Source: Oscillospiraceae bacterium (GTDB taxonomy: Bacteria; Bacillota; Clostridia; Oscillospirales; Acutalibacteraceae). From it: a stretch of DNA of 40,063 nt. Under the pieces are notes generated by a model, which made no database searches, was not told the origin of the DNA, and was given only the letters and a program-made list of their open reading frames with translations. Location: contig JAITNG010000028.1 in the NCBI GenBank assembly GCA_031290595.1, positions 1 through 40,063 of the forward strand. The letters run 5' to 3'. Shown here piece after piece: positions 1 through 8,467 of the stretch. Each line of letters begins with the position of its first letter. Within the stretch, counting starts at the first letter, position 1. The translations under genes were made by a program, and so were the position numbers.

Positions 1-131
1 AAGTGAAGTTTTTAGCCCAAATTAGATTGACGTGTGCAAGAATCCACGTCAAATAGTTCATTGCAAGAAGCCTTGACAGGCAACCAGACCGCCGCGCTGA
101 TATTTTACAGCCAGTGCACAAAGCCAGTTTT

Positions 132-154
132 CCGGGTGACTGCTAGTCGCCCGG
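132..154. repeat. GC-rich hairpin CCGGGTGAC-TGCTA-GTCGCCCGG downstream of the SGNH hydrolase stop. It has the same GAC-TGCTA-GTC core and loop as the arm hairpins of the palindromic element at 13653-13813.
   Basis: Read directly: 9-bp stem with one G:T wobble and a 5-nt loop TGCTA. No convincing U-tract on either strand. Confidence 0.5.
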
Positions 155-183
155 AGCTTTATTGTGCCATACATTTTGCTTGC

Positions 184-822
184 TCAAAAATACTGCTTCA
201 TATTCGCAAGCACAATTTCATACCCTGCGGGATACATGTGCGCCCCGTCAAACGTGAGTTCTTTCCGCAAATTCCCGTCTGCGTCGGTTAAGCCTGTGTT
301 GACGTTGATGAATGCGTAGCGGTGCTTTTGCGCCAGCTGCGCCACTTTTTCGCTTGCTGCTGCAAGCATTGCGTTCGTGCGCGGCACGGAATCCATCGCT
401 GGATTGACAGGGTAATACGCCATCACGTAGACCTGCGTCTGCGGCAGCTTTTCTTTGCACTGCCGCAGAATCTCGTCATAATTCGCAAGGAAAGTGGATT
501 CGGGGACGTTGTAGCCGACGTCATTTGAACCAATATTGATAAAAATTTTGCGCGGCGCCAAATCAAAAATGCAGACGTCCATCGCCGCCAGCAGTTCCGC
601 CGTCGTCGTTGCGCGAATCCCCCGGTTATAAATCGCTTTATCCAGGCCAAGGGTTTTTTGCATTTCTTCGATTGGAAAGATCTCCATCAGGGAAGACCCA
701 ACGAAAACAATTTGCCCCTTTTGCGCCGTTTGATTTTCCTGCGCATAGCGCGCACGCAGGTCATCTTTATATTGCGCAATACGGGGGTTCTTGTTCGTTA
801 GGGAAGTTGATTGCTCCGGCAT
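184..822 (-). CDS. SGNH/GDSL-family hydrolase (lipase/esterase-like), 212 aa
   Basis: The C-terminal two thirds of ORF 184..1140 carry the SGNH blocks: FVGSSL (block I Ser), NRGIRA (block II Gly), GSND (block III) and DGAHM (block V DxxH). The ATG at 822 is preceded by GAAGGAGAA. The Arg-rich upstream extension overlaps the neighbouring gene and looks non-coding. Confidence 0.85.
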   Translation of the reverse strand: MPEQSTSLTNKNPRIAQYKDDLRARYAQENQTAQKGQIVFVGSSLMEIFPIEEMQKTLGLDKAIYNRGIRATTTAELLAAMDVCIFDLAPRKIFINIGSNDVGYNVPESTFLANYDEILRQCKEKLPQTQVYVMAYYPVNPAMDSVPRTNAMLAAASEKVAQLAQKHRYAFINVNTGLTDADGNLRKELTFDGAHMYPAGYEIVLANMKQYF

Positions 823-847
823 GATGTTCTCCTTCAAGTGCGCACGT

Positions 848-1390
848 TCAGCTATCCCACTTGATCTTCGCCGGGTTCGGCTCTTCTTCCACCGCGATGG
901 CCTGTAAGGCGGCAATTTCTTCGGCAAACACCGCTTCGGCGATTGCGTCGTAAATTTCGGCAGCTTCTTCCCAGCCCACGCGGTCGTAGGCGATTGCCGT
1001 CGCGCCGTAATAGGCGATGTTGATGGACATTGTGGGGAAAGCCGCCGTGTTGACGGCCGCATAGATCGCCCGTGCGGCCGCTTGCGCGATGTAGTGCGCC
1101 GCCGCATCCGGGTTCTTTTCCGCCGCCTGAGCAGCCGCAAAGCACCCCTTGAAGAGCGGCTTCACCCGCGCAACGGGGATGTTGCCGCCCAGCCAATCCT
1201 GCGCCGCATCCAGCGCGGCGCGGGGGCGGGCGTCGTCGGGGCAATGCTTTTCGTAAATTGGCAGCAGCTGCTGCCGGGCATAGCCGGTCGTCCAGCGGAC
1301 AAGGGTTTCTTTGCTCTGGGTTTCGATCAGCTGCATCAGGCGCTGGATGCTTTCGCCGCGCCAATCGCCGAGCATTTTACGTGGTTTCAT
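848..1390 (-). CDS. Hypothetical alpha-helical, Ala-rich protein, possibly an Imm-5-like (polymorphic-toxin immunity-type) domain protein, 180 aa
   Basis: ORF 848..1438 trimmed to the ATG at 1390, which has RBS GAAGGTGG. The repeated-Ala helical pattern and the W..G...P.AR motif recall the Imm-5-like family; this is from memory only. It lies 25 nt upstream of the SGNH gene, so the two are probably an operon. Confidence 0.4.
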   Translation of the reverse strand: MKPRKMLGDWRGESIQRLMQLIETQSKETLVRWTTGYARQQLLPIYEKHCPDDARPRAALDAAQDWLGGNIPVARVKPLFKGCFAAAQAAEKNPDAAAHYIAQAAARAIYAAVNTAAFPTMSINIAYYGATAIAYDRVGWEEAAEIYDAIAEAVFAEEIAALQAIAVEEEPNPAKIKWDS

Positions 1391-1550
1391 GGTCGTTACA
1401 CCACCTTCTATTCTAAATCTGCAACCAGTATACCACAAATTGGCGAAGATAGCAAGCCATCAAAAAAAAAGGGAGTGGCCGCGGAGCGCAGCACGGTTGG
1501 CTTTCAGATGAAGAATAGTTAGACTGCCGTGCGCCCCCGTTTTTCCGCCC

Positions 1551-1579
1551 TTGAATTTTCCCGCGCATTGTGCTATACT
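1551..1579 (+). promoter_or_regulatory. sigma70-type promoter TTGAAT-17-TATACT for the teichoic-acid-type gene cluster
   Basis: Hexamers and the 17-nt spacer were read directly. The -10 element overlaps the GTG at 1570, which argues that the real start codon is downstream, at 1633. Confidence 0.6.
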
Positions 1580-1632
1580 GTCATCATACAAAAAACAGTG
1601 TCGTTTTGGCGGCGGGGGGAGGGGGTGTTGCA

Positions 1633-2799
1633 GTGGGGAAAATCAAAAAGGCGCTGCGGTTTGTGCTGCGCCTTTGTTTGGTGCGCTTGCTTTGGCCGTT
1701 GCTGTATCGCTTGGGCTGCCTGCGGCCAATCGACCCGCGGCTGGTGCTGTTCGGCAACGAATCCTGGGCGGAACCGACCGATAATTTTCGCCCGCTGATG
1801 GCGCAGCTGGCCGCCGAGGGCTTTGATTGCCGCTATTTTGGCAAGCGGCAGGAAGCCAAGTGGAAGCATTACCTGCGCAGCGCCCGCTTCTTTTTTGATT
1901 ACGCCCGCGCCAGGGTTTTGTTTGTGGACGAGGCCTTTTCGCCCTCCCTGGCTTGTCGCCCGCGCACGGGTACGGCGCTGGTGCAGGTCTGGCACGGCTG
2001 CGGCGCATTCAAAAAATTCGGGTATTCCACCGTTAATTTTGCCTGGGGGCCGGGCCGGCGGGAACTCCGGTGGCTGCCCATGCACCGGCATTACACCCAC
2101 GTCTGCGTTTCCGCGCCGGAGGTGATCCCCTGCTATGCCGAAGCGTTCCGCTGCCCGCCGGAGCGCATCCACGCCTGGGGTGCGCCGCGCACGGACGTCT
2201 ATTTTGACCGGGAATTCATCGCGCAATCGCGCAAAGCCGTGCTGGCGGCGTTCCCGGGTATCGGCGCGCGGAAGATTTTGCTCTATGCCCCCACCTTCCG
2301 GGGGAACAGCATTGCCGAATCCCGCCACGATGCTGCGCTGGATCTCCCTTTGCTGGCGGCGCAGCTGGGCGAAACCTGCGCTTTGCTGCTCAAACCCCAC
2401 CCCAAGGTGGATGTTTCGCTGGCGGACGATGCAACGCAGGATTTTGCCTTTGACGCACGCCGCTTGCCCATCGAAACCCTGCTTTGCGCGGCCGATCTGT
2501 TGCTTGCGGATTATTCTTCCCTCATTTTTGAATATGCCCTGCTGGGGCGGCCGATGCTCTTTTATGCCTATGACCTGGAAGCATACGACGCCGCCCGGAG
2601 TTTTTACTACCCCTACCAGAGCTTTGTGCCGGGGGACGTTGTGACGGATTCGGCGCAAGTGGTGGAGGGCATACAGCGGGAGCTGCTGGAGCGTCGCTTC
2701 GATCCTGCGCGGGTGACGCGCTTCCGCCAACGCTTCATGTCCGCCTGTGACGGGTATTGCACGCAGCGGCTCATTGCGCAGATAATAAGTAACAAGTAA
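1633..2799 (+). CDS. CDP-glycerol glycerophosphotransferase family protein (TagB/TagF-like)
   Basis: Family motifs are LYAPTFRG, KPHP and DYSSLIFEYALLGRPMLFYAYD. The GTG at 1633 follows GGAGGGGG with about 7 nt spacing. The track start at 1570 lies inside the predicted promoter. Confidence 0.85.
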   Translation: MGKIKKALRFVLRLCLVRLLWPLLYRLGCLRPIDPRLVLFGNESWAEPTDNFRPLMAQLAAEGFDCRYFGKRQEAKWKHYLRSARFFFDYARARVLFVDEAFSPSLACRPRTGTALVQVWHGCGAFKKFGYSTVNFAWGPGRRELRWLPMHRHYTHVCVSAPEVIPCYAEAFRCPPERIHAWGAPRTDVYFDREFIAQSRKAVLAAFPGIGARKILLYAPTFRGNSIAESRHDAALDLPLLAAQLGETCALLLKPHPKVDVSLADDATQDFAFDARRLPIETLLCAADLLLADYSSLIFEYALLGRPMLFYAYDLEAYDAARSFYYPYQSFVPGDVVTDSAQVVEGIQRELLERRFDPARVTRFRQRFMSACDGYCTQRLIAQIISNK

Positions 2800-2822
2800 T
2801 AAATAATAGTTGGAGGGACGGG

Positions 2823-3791
2823 TTGAATATGATGCACCTTTCCTTGGTGATGCCCTGCTACAATGAGGCTGAAAATGTGGAGGCCATGCACGATGCAGTG
2901 GAAGCGGCCTTTGCGGGCTGCGGCTTTGCTTATGAGATGGTTTTTGTTGACGACGGGAGCCGGGACGGCACCTGGCAGACGCTCAAGTCACTGCGTGCGC
3001 GTTCGGCGCAGCGCATCCGGCTGGTGCGCTTCAGCCGCAACTTCGGCAAGGAATCCGCCATTTTTGCCGGGTTGCGCCACGCCCAAGGCGAACTGGTCAC
3101 GCTGATTGACGCCGACCTTCAGCAACCGCCGGAGCTTGCGCTGGAAATGGTGCGCTGGCTCGACGCCAACGAAGAGGACGACTGCGTCGCCGCCTTCCAG
3201 GAACAGCGCAGCGAGGGGGCGCTCACAGTGCTGCTCAAGCGCGGCTTTTATGCCCTGATGAACCGCGTCACGGAAATCGAGTTTGTGCAGGGCGCAAGCG
3301 ACTTCCGCACCATGCGGCGCACGATGGTGGATGCGATTTTGGAAATGGGGGAACACAACCGATTTTCCAAGGGCATCTTCTCCTGGGTCGGGTTTCGGAC
3401 GCACTACATCCCCTACACCGCGCGGGAACGCCATGCCGGGAAGACCAAGTGGGGGACGTGGAAGCTCTTTAAATATGCCTTTGACGGCATCGTTTCGTTC
3501 ACCACCATGCCGCTGCGGCTGGCGGTTTTTGCGGGGGTGGGCGCCGCCCTGGCTTCGCTGGTTTATATGGTCGTGGTGATCATCCAAAAGCTGGCCTACG
3601 GGATCACCATCCCCGGCTACGCCACGCTGGTGGTGCTGATCCTCCTGCTCGGCGGCATGGAACTGTTCTTCATGGGCGTGCTGGGGGAATACCTGGCCAA
3701 AACATACGTAGAAAGCAAGCGCCGCCCCATCTTTTTGGCGCGGGAGGTTTTGGAGCCGAAGGAGGAGCGATGGCCAAACGAGGAACCGTAA
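2823..3791 (+). CDS. Family-2 glycosyltransferase, GtrB/ArnC-like polyprenyl-phosphate sugar transferase with two C-terminal TM helices
   Basis: Motifs are MPCYNEAENV, VFVDDGSRDGT and IDADLQ (DxD), plus the hydrophobic C-terminal helices LRLAVFAGVGAALASLVYMVVVII and YATLVVLILLLGGMELFFMGVLG. RBS GGAGGG lies at 2812-2817. The start could be the TTG at 2823 or the ATG at 2829 or 2832. Confidence 0.9.
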   Translation: MNMMHLSLVMPCYNEAENVEAMHDAVEAAFAGCGFAYEMVFVDDGSRDGTWQTLKSLRARSAQRIRLVRFSRNFGKESAIFAGLRHAQGELVTLIDADLQQPPELALEMVRWLDANEEDDCVAAFQEQRSEGALTVLLKRGFYALMNRVTEIEFVQGASDFRTMRRTMVDAILEMGEHNRFSKGIFSWVGFRTHYIPYTARERHAGKTKWGTWKLFKYAFDGIVSFTTMPLRLAVFAGVGAALASLVYMVVVIIQKLAYGITIPGYATLVVLILLLGGMELFFMGVLGEYLAKTYVESKRRPIFLAREVLEPKEERWPNEEP

Positions 3792-5044
3792 CCGCCTTCC
3801 GGGCGTTCTATTTTGTGTTTTTTGCGTTCACCGTGTTGCTGGCCTTCTTTTTTGTTCCCTCCCCTGATGATTGGGGCTGGGCGACGGGCGACGGTCTTGC
3901 CCTGCTGCAACGCGGCTTTGCCGATTACAACGGCCGTTATTTGGGCAACCTCTTCGCCTTTGCGCTGCTGCGGGCGACTTGGCTGCTGCCCCCTGCCAAG
4001 GCGCTGGTGCTGACGGGTATCCTGGCGCTGCTCCAAAAAATTTCCGGCAACCAGGATGTTCGCTTCCTCCGGCTTTGCGCCATAGCGCTCCTCCTTCCCT
4101 GCCCGCTGTTCATCCAGAATATTGTTTGGACCTCAGCCTTCACCAATTACGAGATCCCTGTCGCGCTCCTGCTCTGTTGCGCGTATCTTGTGTTTTTCCC
4201 CAAAACCCAAACCAGCCGGTGGAAATCGTTTTTGCGCTGTGCCATCCTCCTGCTCCTGGGTTTTGCCGGCCAGCTTTTTATGGAACACTACACCCTGTTT
4301 GCCCTGGGGCTTGCAGGGTTTGCGGTGCTTTTTCACCGCCGCAAAACCGGGCGGTTTTTGCTGGCGCCATCCCTTTGGCTCTGCGCCGCCGCTGCGGGCG
4401 CGGTGCTGATGTTCAGCAACGGGGCATACCTGCAAATTTTGCGGGGCGAGCAGCGTTACCAGCGCCTGGAATGGAATCCGCTTGCCACACTGGGTTCCAT
4501 CGCAGGGGGCTTTTTGGCGGCCTGCCTACCGGCGCTGCTTTTGCTTGCCTTTTTGTTGCTCCGCCTACGCAAGCGCAACCGCCGCGCATTTGCGGCGATC
4601 CCCAAAAGCAAAACGGCCTGGTTTTACCTGGCGGCGCTGCTTACTTTAACGGCGCCGCTGGCGGTCGTTTTCCCCGTGGGGTCACGCTGCTTCAGCATGG
4701 CGGCAGTGCTTTTGCTGCTGGCGGCGCAAAAGCTCTTTGCCGCCGCCGCCCCTGCGCCTTCCGCCACCGGCAACCGGGGTTTGGCTATCGCGCTTGCCTT
4801 CGTTATGGCGCTGGATCTGGCCGGTTACGCCACCGTTTTTGCCGCGTACCGCCATAAAATCGACCGGGTACGCACCCAGGTTGCGCAGGGGAACACGGTG
4901 ATCACCCTGCGCCACACGCCGCTGCGCTTCCTCGTTTACGCGCTGGATGCGGAGCCGAAAAGCCGCAGCATCCAAAGCGCGTTCAACCAATACTATGGTT
5001 TGCCGGAGGACGTCAAAATCGAATATTTAAACCGCGGGCAATAA
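3770..5044 (+). CDS. Polytopic membrane protein, putative GT-C/GtrC-like (DUF6056-like) glycosyltransferase partner of the GtrB-like enzyme
   Basis: It is 424 aa and very hydrophobic, with at least 10 predicted TM segments. It overlaps the end of the GT2 gene by 22 nt, so the two are translationally coupled. The function is inferred from the conserved GtrB plus membrane-glycosyltransferase arrangement. Confidence 0.5.
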   Translation: MAKRGTVTAFRAFYFVFFAFTVLLAFFFVPSPDDWGWATGDGLALLQRGFADYNGRYLGNLFAFALLRATWLLPPAKALVLTGILALLQKISGNQDVRFLRLCAIALLLPCPLFIQNIVWTSAFTNYEIPVALLLCCAYLVFFPKTQTSRWKSFLRCAILLLLGFAGQLFMEHYTLFALGLAGFAVLFHRRKTGRFLLAPSLWLCAAAAGAVLMFSNGAYLQILRGEQRYQRLEWNPLATLGSIAGGFLAACLPALLLLAFLLLRLRKRNRRAFAAIPKSKTAWFYLAALLTLTAPLAVVFPVGSRCFSMAAVLLLLAAQKLFAAAAPAPSATGNRGLAIALAFVMALDLAGYATVFAAYRHKIDRVRTQVAQGNTVITLRHTPLRFLVYALDAEPKSRSIQSAFNQYYGLPEDVKIEYLNRGQ

Positions 5045-5056
5045 CAACAAAAAACA

Positions 5057-5083
5057 GGGCGGGGTACCAAAGGTACCCCGCCC
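5057..5083 (-). terminator. Rho-independent terminator between convergent genes; strongest for the minus-strand HEAT gene
   Basis: Perfect hairpin GGGCGGGGTACC-AAA-GGTACCCCGCCC. On the minus strand it is followed by TGTTTTTTGTTG. On the plus strand it is followed only by AAAAATTT. Confidence 0.8.
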
Positions 5084-5123
5084 AAAAATTTCATGCACAG
5101 TGGTCTGCAAGCGGCACAGCCGC

Positions 5124-5963
5124 CTAAATTTCCAGGGCTTCTTCCAGGCCTGCCAGTTCGTCCACTGCCGCTTCGGCGGCGCCGGGCGCTTGTTTGACGG
5201 GGTTGCTCAGGGCGAACGCTGTTTGCACCAGGGCGCTCACGTCCGTCATGCGCTCGGCTGCGGTGGAACGCACCTGCACGGTGGGGTCGTTGAGCAGCAC
5301 CCAGGCCAGCACATCCTGCCCGGTGAGCTTGCGCGTGGCAGCTTGGCGGATGGTGGGTTCCACATCGGATTTTGCGACGATGGCCAGCACGCTTTGATCC
5401 ACGATGCGCTCCACTGCCATCAGGCGCAGCTCGGCTTCGGGGTCGTGGCACGAAACTGCGTCCAGCGCTTCCAGCGCCGCCGGGGCGTCCAAAAAGCAGA
5501 ACAGGCGCTTGACCGCCCGCTTGCGCACGCAAGGCTCCGCGTCATTTGCCGAAGCCTGTGCCAGTGCGGTGAGATCCGTCAGGTGTTTGATCGCCGCGCG
5601 GCGGACGAAGGAATTGGCGTCGTTCAAAGCAAACGGAACGAGCCATGCCTGGAGTTCCTCCTGGGTGTAATCACTTGCCAAAAGGATCTGCCGCCCCAGC
5701 TTTTCGATCACCATGTAGCGCAGATACCATTCGTTGACTTCAAGGCTGCTTTGCACAAGCGCTTCAAGCGCACGGGGCTGCGTGTCGGTTTCCACCAGGC
5801 CATCCATGATGCTGCGCTCGTTTTGGCCGCGCTGTTCGGCCAGGATGCGGATGCGATCCTTCTCCTGTTCCAACGCGCGCTGGCGCTGCACCTCTTCCTC
5901 CTGGGCGCTCCGCTGCCCGTCCAGTCCATCGTTCGGCCGTGTTGGCCGTTTTGCGATTGCCAT
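5124..5963 (-). CDS. HEAT-repeat (PBS-lyase-HEAT-like) protein, 279 aa
   Basis: Repeated D-x4-VR-x2-A-x3-L units: NDANSFVRRAAIKHL, DAEPCVRKRAVKRL, DVEPTIRQAATRKL and DPTVQVRSTAAERM. The ATG at 5963 follows RBS AAAGGGA. It is a paralog of the upstream gene. Confidence 0.8.
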   Translation of the reverse strand: MAIAKRPTRPNDGLDGQRSAQEEEVQRQRALEQEKDRIRILAEQRGQNERSIMDGLVETDTQPRALEALVQSSLEVNEWYLRYMVIEKLGRQILLASDYTQEELQAWLVPFALNDANSFVRRAAIKHLTDLTALAQASANDAEPCVRKRAVKRLFCFLDAPAALEALDAVSCHDPEAELRLMAVERIVDQSVLAIVAKSDVEPTIRQAATRKLTGQDVLAWVLLNDPTVQVRSTAAERMTDVSALVQTAFALSNPVKQAPGAAEAAVDELAGLEEALEI

Positions 5964-5998
5964 TCGATCATCCCTTTCATCCTTAAAATATTAACTGA

Positions 5999-6613
5999 CT
6001 AGTTGGCCGCCATACGCGTGCTGCTCGCTTTTTTACGTGTCTGCCGGGTTTTTTCGGGCTGCGGCTCCGCTTCCTTTTCCTTTGCAGCCTTGGGCGCTTT
6101 TGGCGCTTTTGGCGCCCGTGGGGTTTTGTTTGGTGCGGCCGTTTTTCTTGCCGCCTTGCGGCTGGAACCCAAAGCAAAACCTCCGTTTTCCAAAAAACGG
6201 AGTAGCTGTTCCACTGCTTTTGCGCGGACGCTGGGGTCTTCATCGTGGCAGGCAGCCATTTTCAGCGTGGGGAGATCCGTCAGGTTTTTGACGGCGGCGC
6301 GGCGCACGTAGCTGTTGCTATCGTGGAGGGCAAAAGGAACCAACCAGGCCTGTAGTTCATCGGGCGTATAATTGCTGGTGTTGAGCACCATTTGCAGACC
6401 GAGCATTTCCACAACCATATAGCGTATATACCATTCTTCACGTTCCATGCCTTCGCCGACAAGAGCTTCCATATCCCCGGGCTGCGTGGCCGCTTTGTTC
6501 AGGAGCATTATAATCTTACGCTCATTTTCCTTCAGATCACATTCCGGCTCCTGCGGTCGCTCTTGCCGCACCTGTGAGTCTTCGTTTTCATGCTCATTTT
6601 GCACAATCGCCAT
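5999..6613 (-). CDS. HEAT-repeat protein paralog with a Lys/Pro/Ala-rich basic C-terminal tail, about 204 aa
   Basis: It shares the block EEWYIRYMVVEMLG...ELQAWLVPFALHDSNSYVRRAAVKNLTDL with the downstream paralog. The tail reads PNKTPRAPKAPKAPKAAKEKEAE. The ATG at 6613 follows GAAAGGGA, and the track start at 6619 is a TTG. Confidence 0.75.
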   Translation of the reverse strand: MAIVQNEHENEDSQVRQERPQEPECDLKENERKIIMLLNKAATQPGDMEALVGEGMEREEWYIRYMVVEMLGLQMVLNTSNYTPDELQAWLVPFALHDSNSYVRRAAVKNLTDLPTLKMAACHDEDPSVRAKAVEQLLRFLENGGFALGSSRKAARKTAAPNKTPRAPKAPKAPKAAKEKEAEPQPEKTRQTRKKASSTRMAAN

Positions 6614-6655
6614 GAACAACCATCCCTTTCCCCTACACGGTATTAATTACCTATT

Positions 6656-6684
6656 AATATACACGATTCAAAAGGAAATGTCAA
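6656..6684 (-). promoter_or_regulatory. sigma70-type promoter TTGACA-17-TATATT for the HEAT-repeat gene pair
   Basis: Read on the minus strand: TTGACAtttccttttgaatcgtgTATATT. It lies about 40 nt upstream of the ATG at 6613. Confidence 0.65.
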
Positions 6685-6744
6685 GCGGTTTCGCAAATAA
6701 TGTAAAAAAAACTTGATTTACTGCCTTTTATTCCCACCGCAGCC

Positions 6745-7350
6745 CTAAAAGTGCGCAATAATATAATCTTTGGCTTCGGTGTATATCTGGTCTTCGCGCC
6801 CGCGTAAAAGCGCTTCAAAAGCCGCATCCCAGGCCTCTACCTGTTCTTTGGAGATGGAAAACGCTTCGTTGCTCTCATCAAAAGCGTTGTAGGCGCTGTG
6901 GAAGAGCGCGGCATATTCGCCGCCGACCAGCTGTTCCACCGCCCGGAACGCCACAGGCGCCAGGGGCTTGCCGTTGGCGCGGAAGAAGTGGCTCAGCCCC
7001 TTGCGGGTATCCTGCACCACATAGCCCAGGGCATAGATCAGGCGCTCGTGTTCTTCCAGGGCGGTGAAGGCTTCCGCCATGGCGGGGATTTTTTCCAGCG
7101 CCATTTGGATGTGGCAGCACACGCCTTCAATCAGGCGTTCCGGCGGCGTTTGCGCCAGCCGATCCCGCTCCAGGGTGGCAAAATCCGCCCGGAGCTTTTT
7201 TTCATATTCCAGGGTTGCGATCAGCTTTGTTTTGGCTGCGGTGTGTTTTTTGGCCGCCCGCAAGGCCTTGCTCCAAACGAAAACGCAAAGCAAAAGCGCG
7301 GCAACCAGCACGGCCAGCTGTAGGGGGTATTCAGAAAAATAAGCGAACAT
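6745..7350 (-). CDS. N-terminally membrane-anchored hypothetical protein, possible DUF4375/DMP19-like domain
   Basis: An N-terminal TM helix (LQLAVLVAALLLCVFVW) is followed by a helical domain. The stretch LIYALGYVVQDTRKGLSHFFRANG resembles the NGG..Q.F.N core of DUF4375; this is from memory and the match is weak. RBS GGGAGGG precedes the ATG at 7350. It sits 22 nt after the corA stop, so the two are probably an operon. Confidence 0.4.
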   Translation of the reverse strand: MFAYFSEYPLQLAVLVAALLLCVFVWSKALRAAKKHTAAKTKLIATLEYEKKLRADFATLERDRLAQTPPERLIEGVCCHIQMALEKIPAMAEAFTALEEHERLIYALGYVVQDTRKGLSHFFRANGKPLAPVAFRAVEQLVGGEYAALFHSAYNAFDESNEAFSISKEQVEAWDAAFEALLRGREDQIYTEAKDYIIAHF

Positions 7351-7372
7351 AGAAGCCCTCCCGGTTTTTCAA

Positions 7373-8335
7373 TTATTTATAGAAGCGCATTTTGGTCAGC
7401 ACGACGGCTGCCAGGATGGAAAACACCAGGGAAATCAGCAGGGCAAACAGCGGCGTGCCGTCAAGCGGCAGCGCGTCGATGTTCATGCCATAGAAGCTGA
7501 AGACGATGGTCGGCACGGCCATGACGATGGTGATCACCGTGAGCACCTTCATGACGATGTTGAGGTTGTTGGAAATGATGCTGGCAAAGGCGTCCATGGT
7601 GCCGGAAAGGATGCTGGCGTAAATATCGCACATCTCGATAGCCTGTTTGACTTCCACCAGCACGTCTTCCAGCAGATCCTGGTCTTCGTCATACAGGCGG
7701 ATGTACTTTTTGCGCAGCAGGCGTTCCAGCACTTTTTCGGTGGCTTTGAGGGAGGTGGAAAAATACACAAGGGATTTTTCCAGCCCCAGGAGCTGAAACA
7801 GCTCTTCGTTGCGCGATGATTTGTGCAGCTCGCTTTCCACCCGGGCGGAAAGTTTATCGATCTGCTTAAGATATTGCAAATACCGCCCCGCGATGCGCAG
7901 CAGGATCAGCAGCACGAACTGCGTCCGGAACTGCGTGTTGACCCCCTTGACCAGGCCGGATGTGAAATCTTCGGCCACGGTGTTGCGGTTGAGCGAAACG
8001 GTGATCACGTGGTGCTGGGCGACGATCATGCTCATGGGCATGGTGTAATACGTCGTGGCCTCATGGCTGGATTTTTTCTTGTTCTTGCCGGGGTTTTCGG
8101 CCCGTTCCAGCACCGGGTAGTCAATGACGATCAGGGTCTGGCCGTCTTCGCTTTCCACGCGTGAAGCCTCCTCTTCATCCAATGCCGCGCGGGTAAAGCT
8201 GCGGTCGATGGCGAGGGTTTCTTCAATGTAGCAAAGCTCCGCTTCGGTGGGCGCAATGAGGGAAACCCAGCAGCCGTCTTCCAGAGCCGGGATTTCAGTG
8301 ATGCGGTTTTCGATGGTCTTATAGTATTTGATCAT
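7373..8335 (-). CDS. corA: CorA-family magnesium/cobalt transporter
   Basis: It has the signature FYGMNI (YGMN) before the last TM helix and two C-terminal TM segments. The ATG at 8335 (MIKYYKTIENR...) is preferred over the upstream TTG at 8386. Confidence 0.9.
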   Translation of the reverse strand: MIKYYKTIENRITEIPALEDGCWVSLIAPTEAELCYIEETLAIDRSFTRAALDEEEASRVESEDGQTLIVIDYPVLERAENPGKNKKKSSHEATTYYTMPMSMIVAQHHVITVSLNRNTVAEDFTSGLVKGVNTQFRTQFVLLILLRIAGRYLQYLKQIDKLSARVESELHKSSRNEELFQLLGLEKSLVYFSTSLKATEKVLERLLRKKYIRLYDEDQDLLEDVLVEVKQAIEMCDIYASILSGTMDAFASIISNNLNIVMKVLTVITIVMAVPTIVFSFYGMNIDALPLDGTPLFALLISLVFSILAAVVLTKMRFYK

Positions 8336-8467
8336 GGTGGGCGCGTCCTTCCCCGCGCACACCGTTGCCCGGCGGCGCGTGTTCAATGATATTGGCGTCT
8401 TCGCCAGGTACTACCGCCAGGGTCGCCGGACATATTGGTCAACTCCTTTTCCGCATGTAATATGCTT

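Noticed and set aside
34-291. 85-aa plus-strand ORF at the window start
   Set aside because: It overlaps the 3' end of the SGNH hydrolase gene on the opposite strand and runs through the hairpin at 132-154. It has no RBS and no recognisable motifs.
823-1140. N-terminal 106-aa extension of ORF 184..1140 (MRLLRRRKRTRMRRR...)
   Set aside because: It is extremely Arg/Ser/Pro-rich and overlaps the upstream Imm-like gene in another frame. A good RBS plus ATG at 822 gives a normal-length SGNH hydrolase.
1570-1632. GTG at 1570 as the start of the TagF-like gene
   Set aside because: It lies inside the predicted -10 region of the TTGAAT-17-TATACT promoter, so it would be upstream of the transcription start. 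The GTG at 1633 has a strong GGAGGGGG RBS.
1573-2730. 385-aa minus-strand ORF opposite the TagF-like gene. Similar shadows lie opposite the CdaR gene (25727..26758), the M23 gene (28812..29741, 29095..30105), the isomerase gene (30299..31123), the trkA genes (32213..33331), the GPH gene (35568..37076) and mmsA (37984..39015).
   Set aside because: In every case the opposite strand carries a gene with clear family motifs and an RBS, and the shadow ORFs have biased, Arg-rich sequences.
8336-8467. M-box (Mg2+) riboswitch in the corA leader
   Set aside because: At about 125 nt the leader is shorter than the M-box. I could not find the conserved M-box core sequences; only generic GC hairpins are present.
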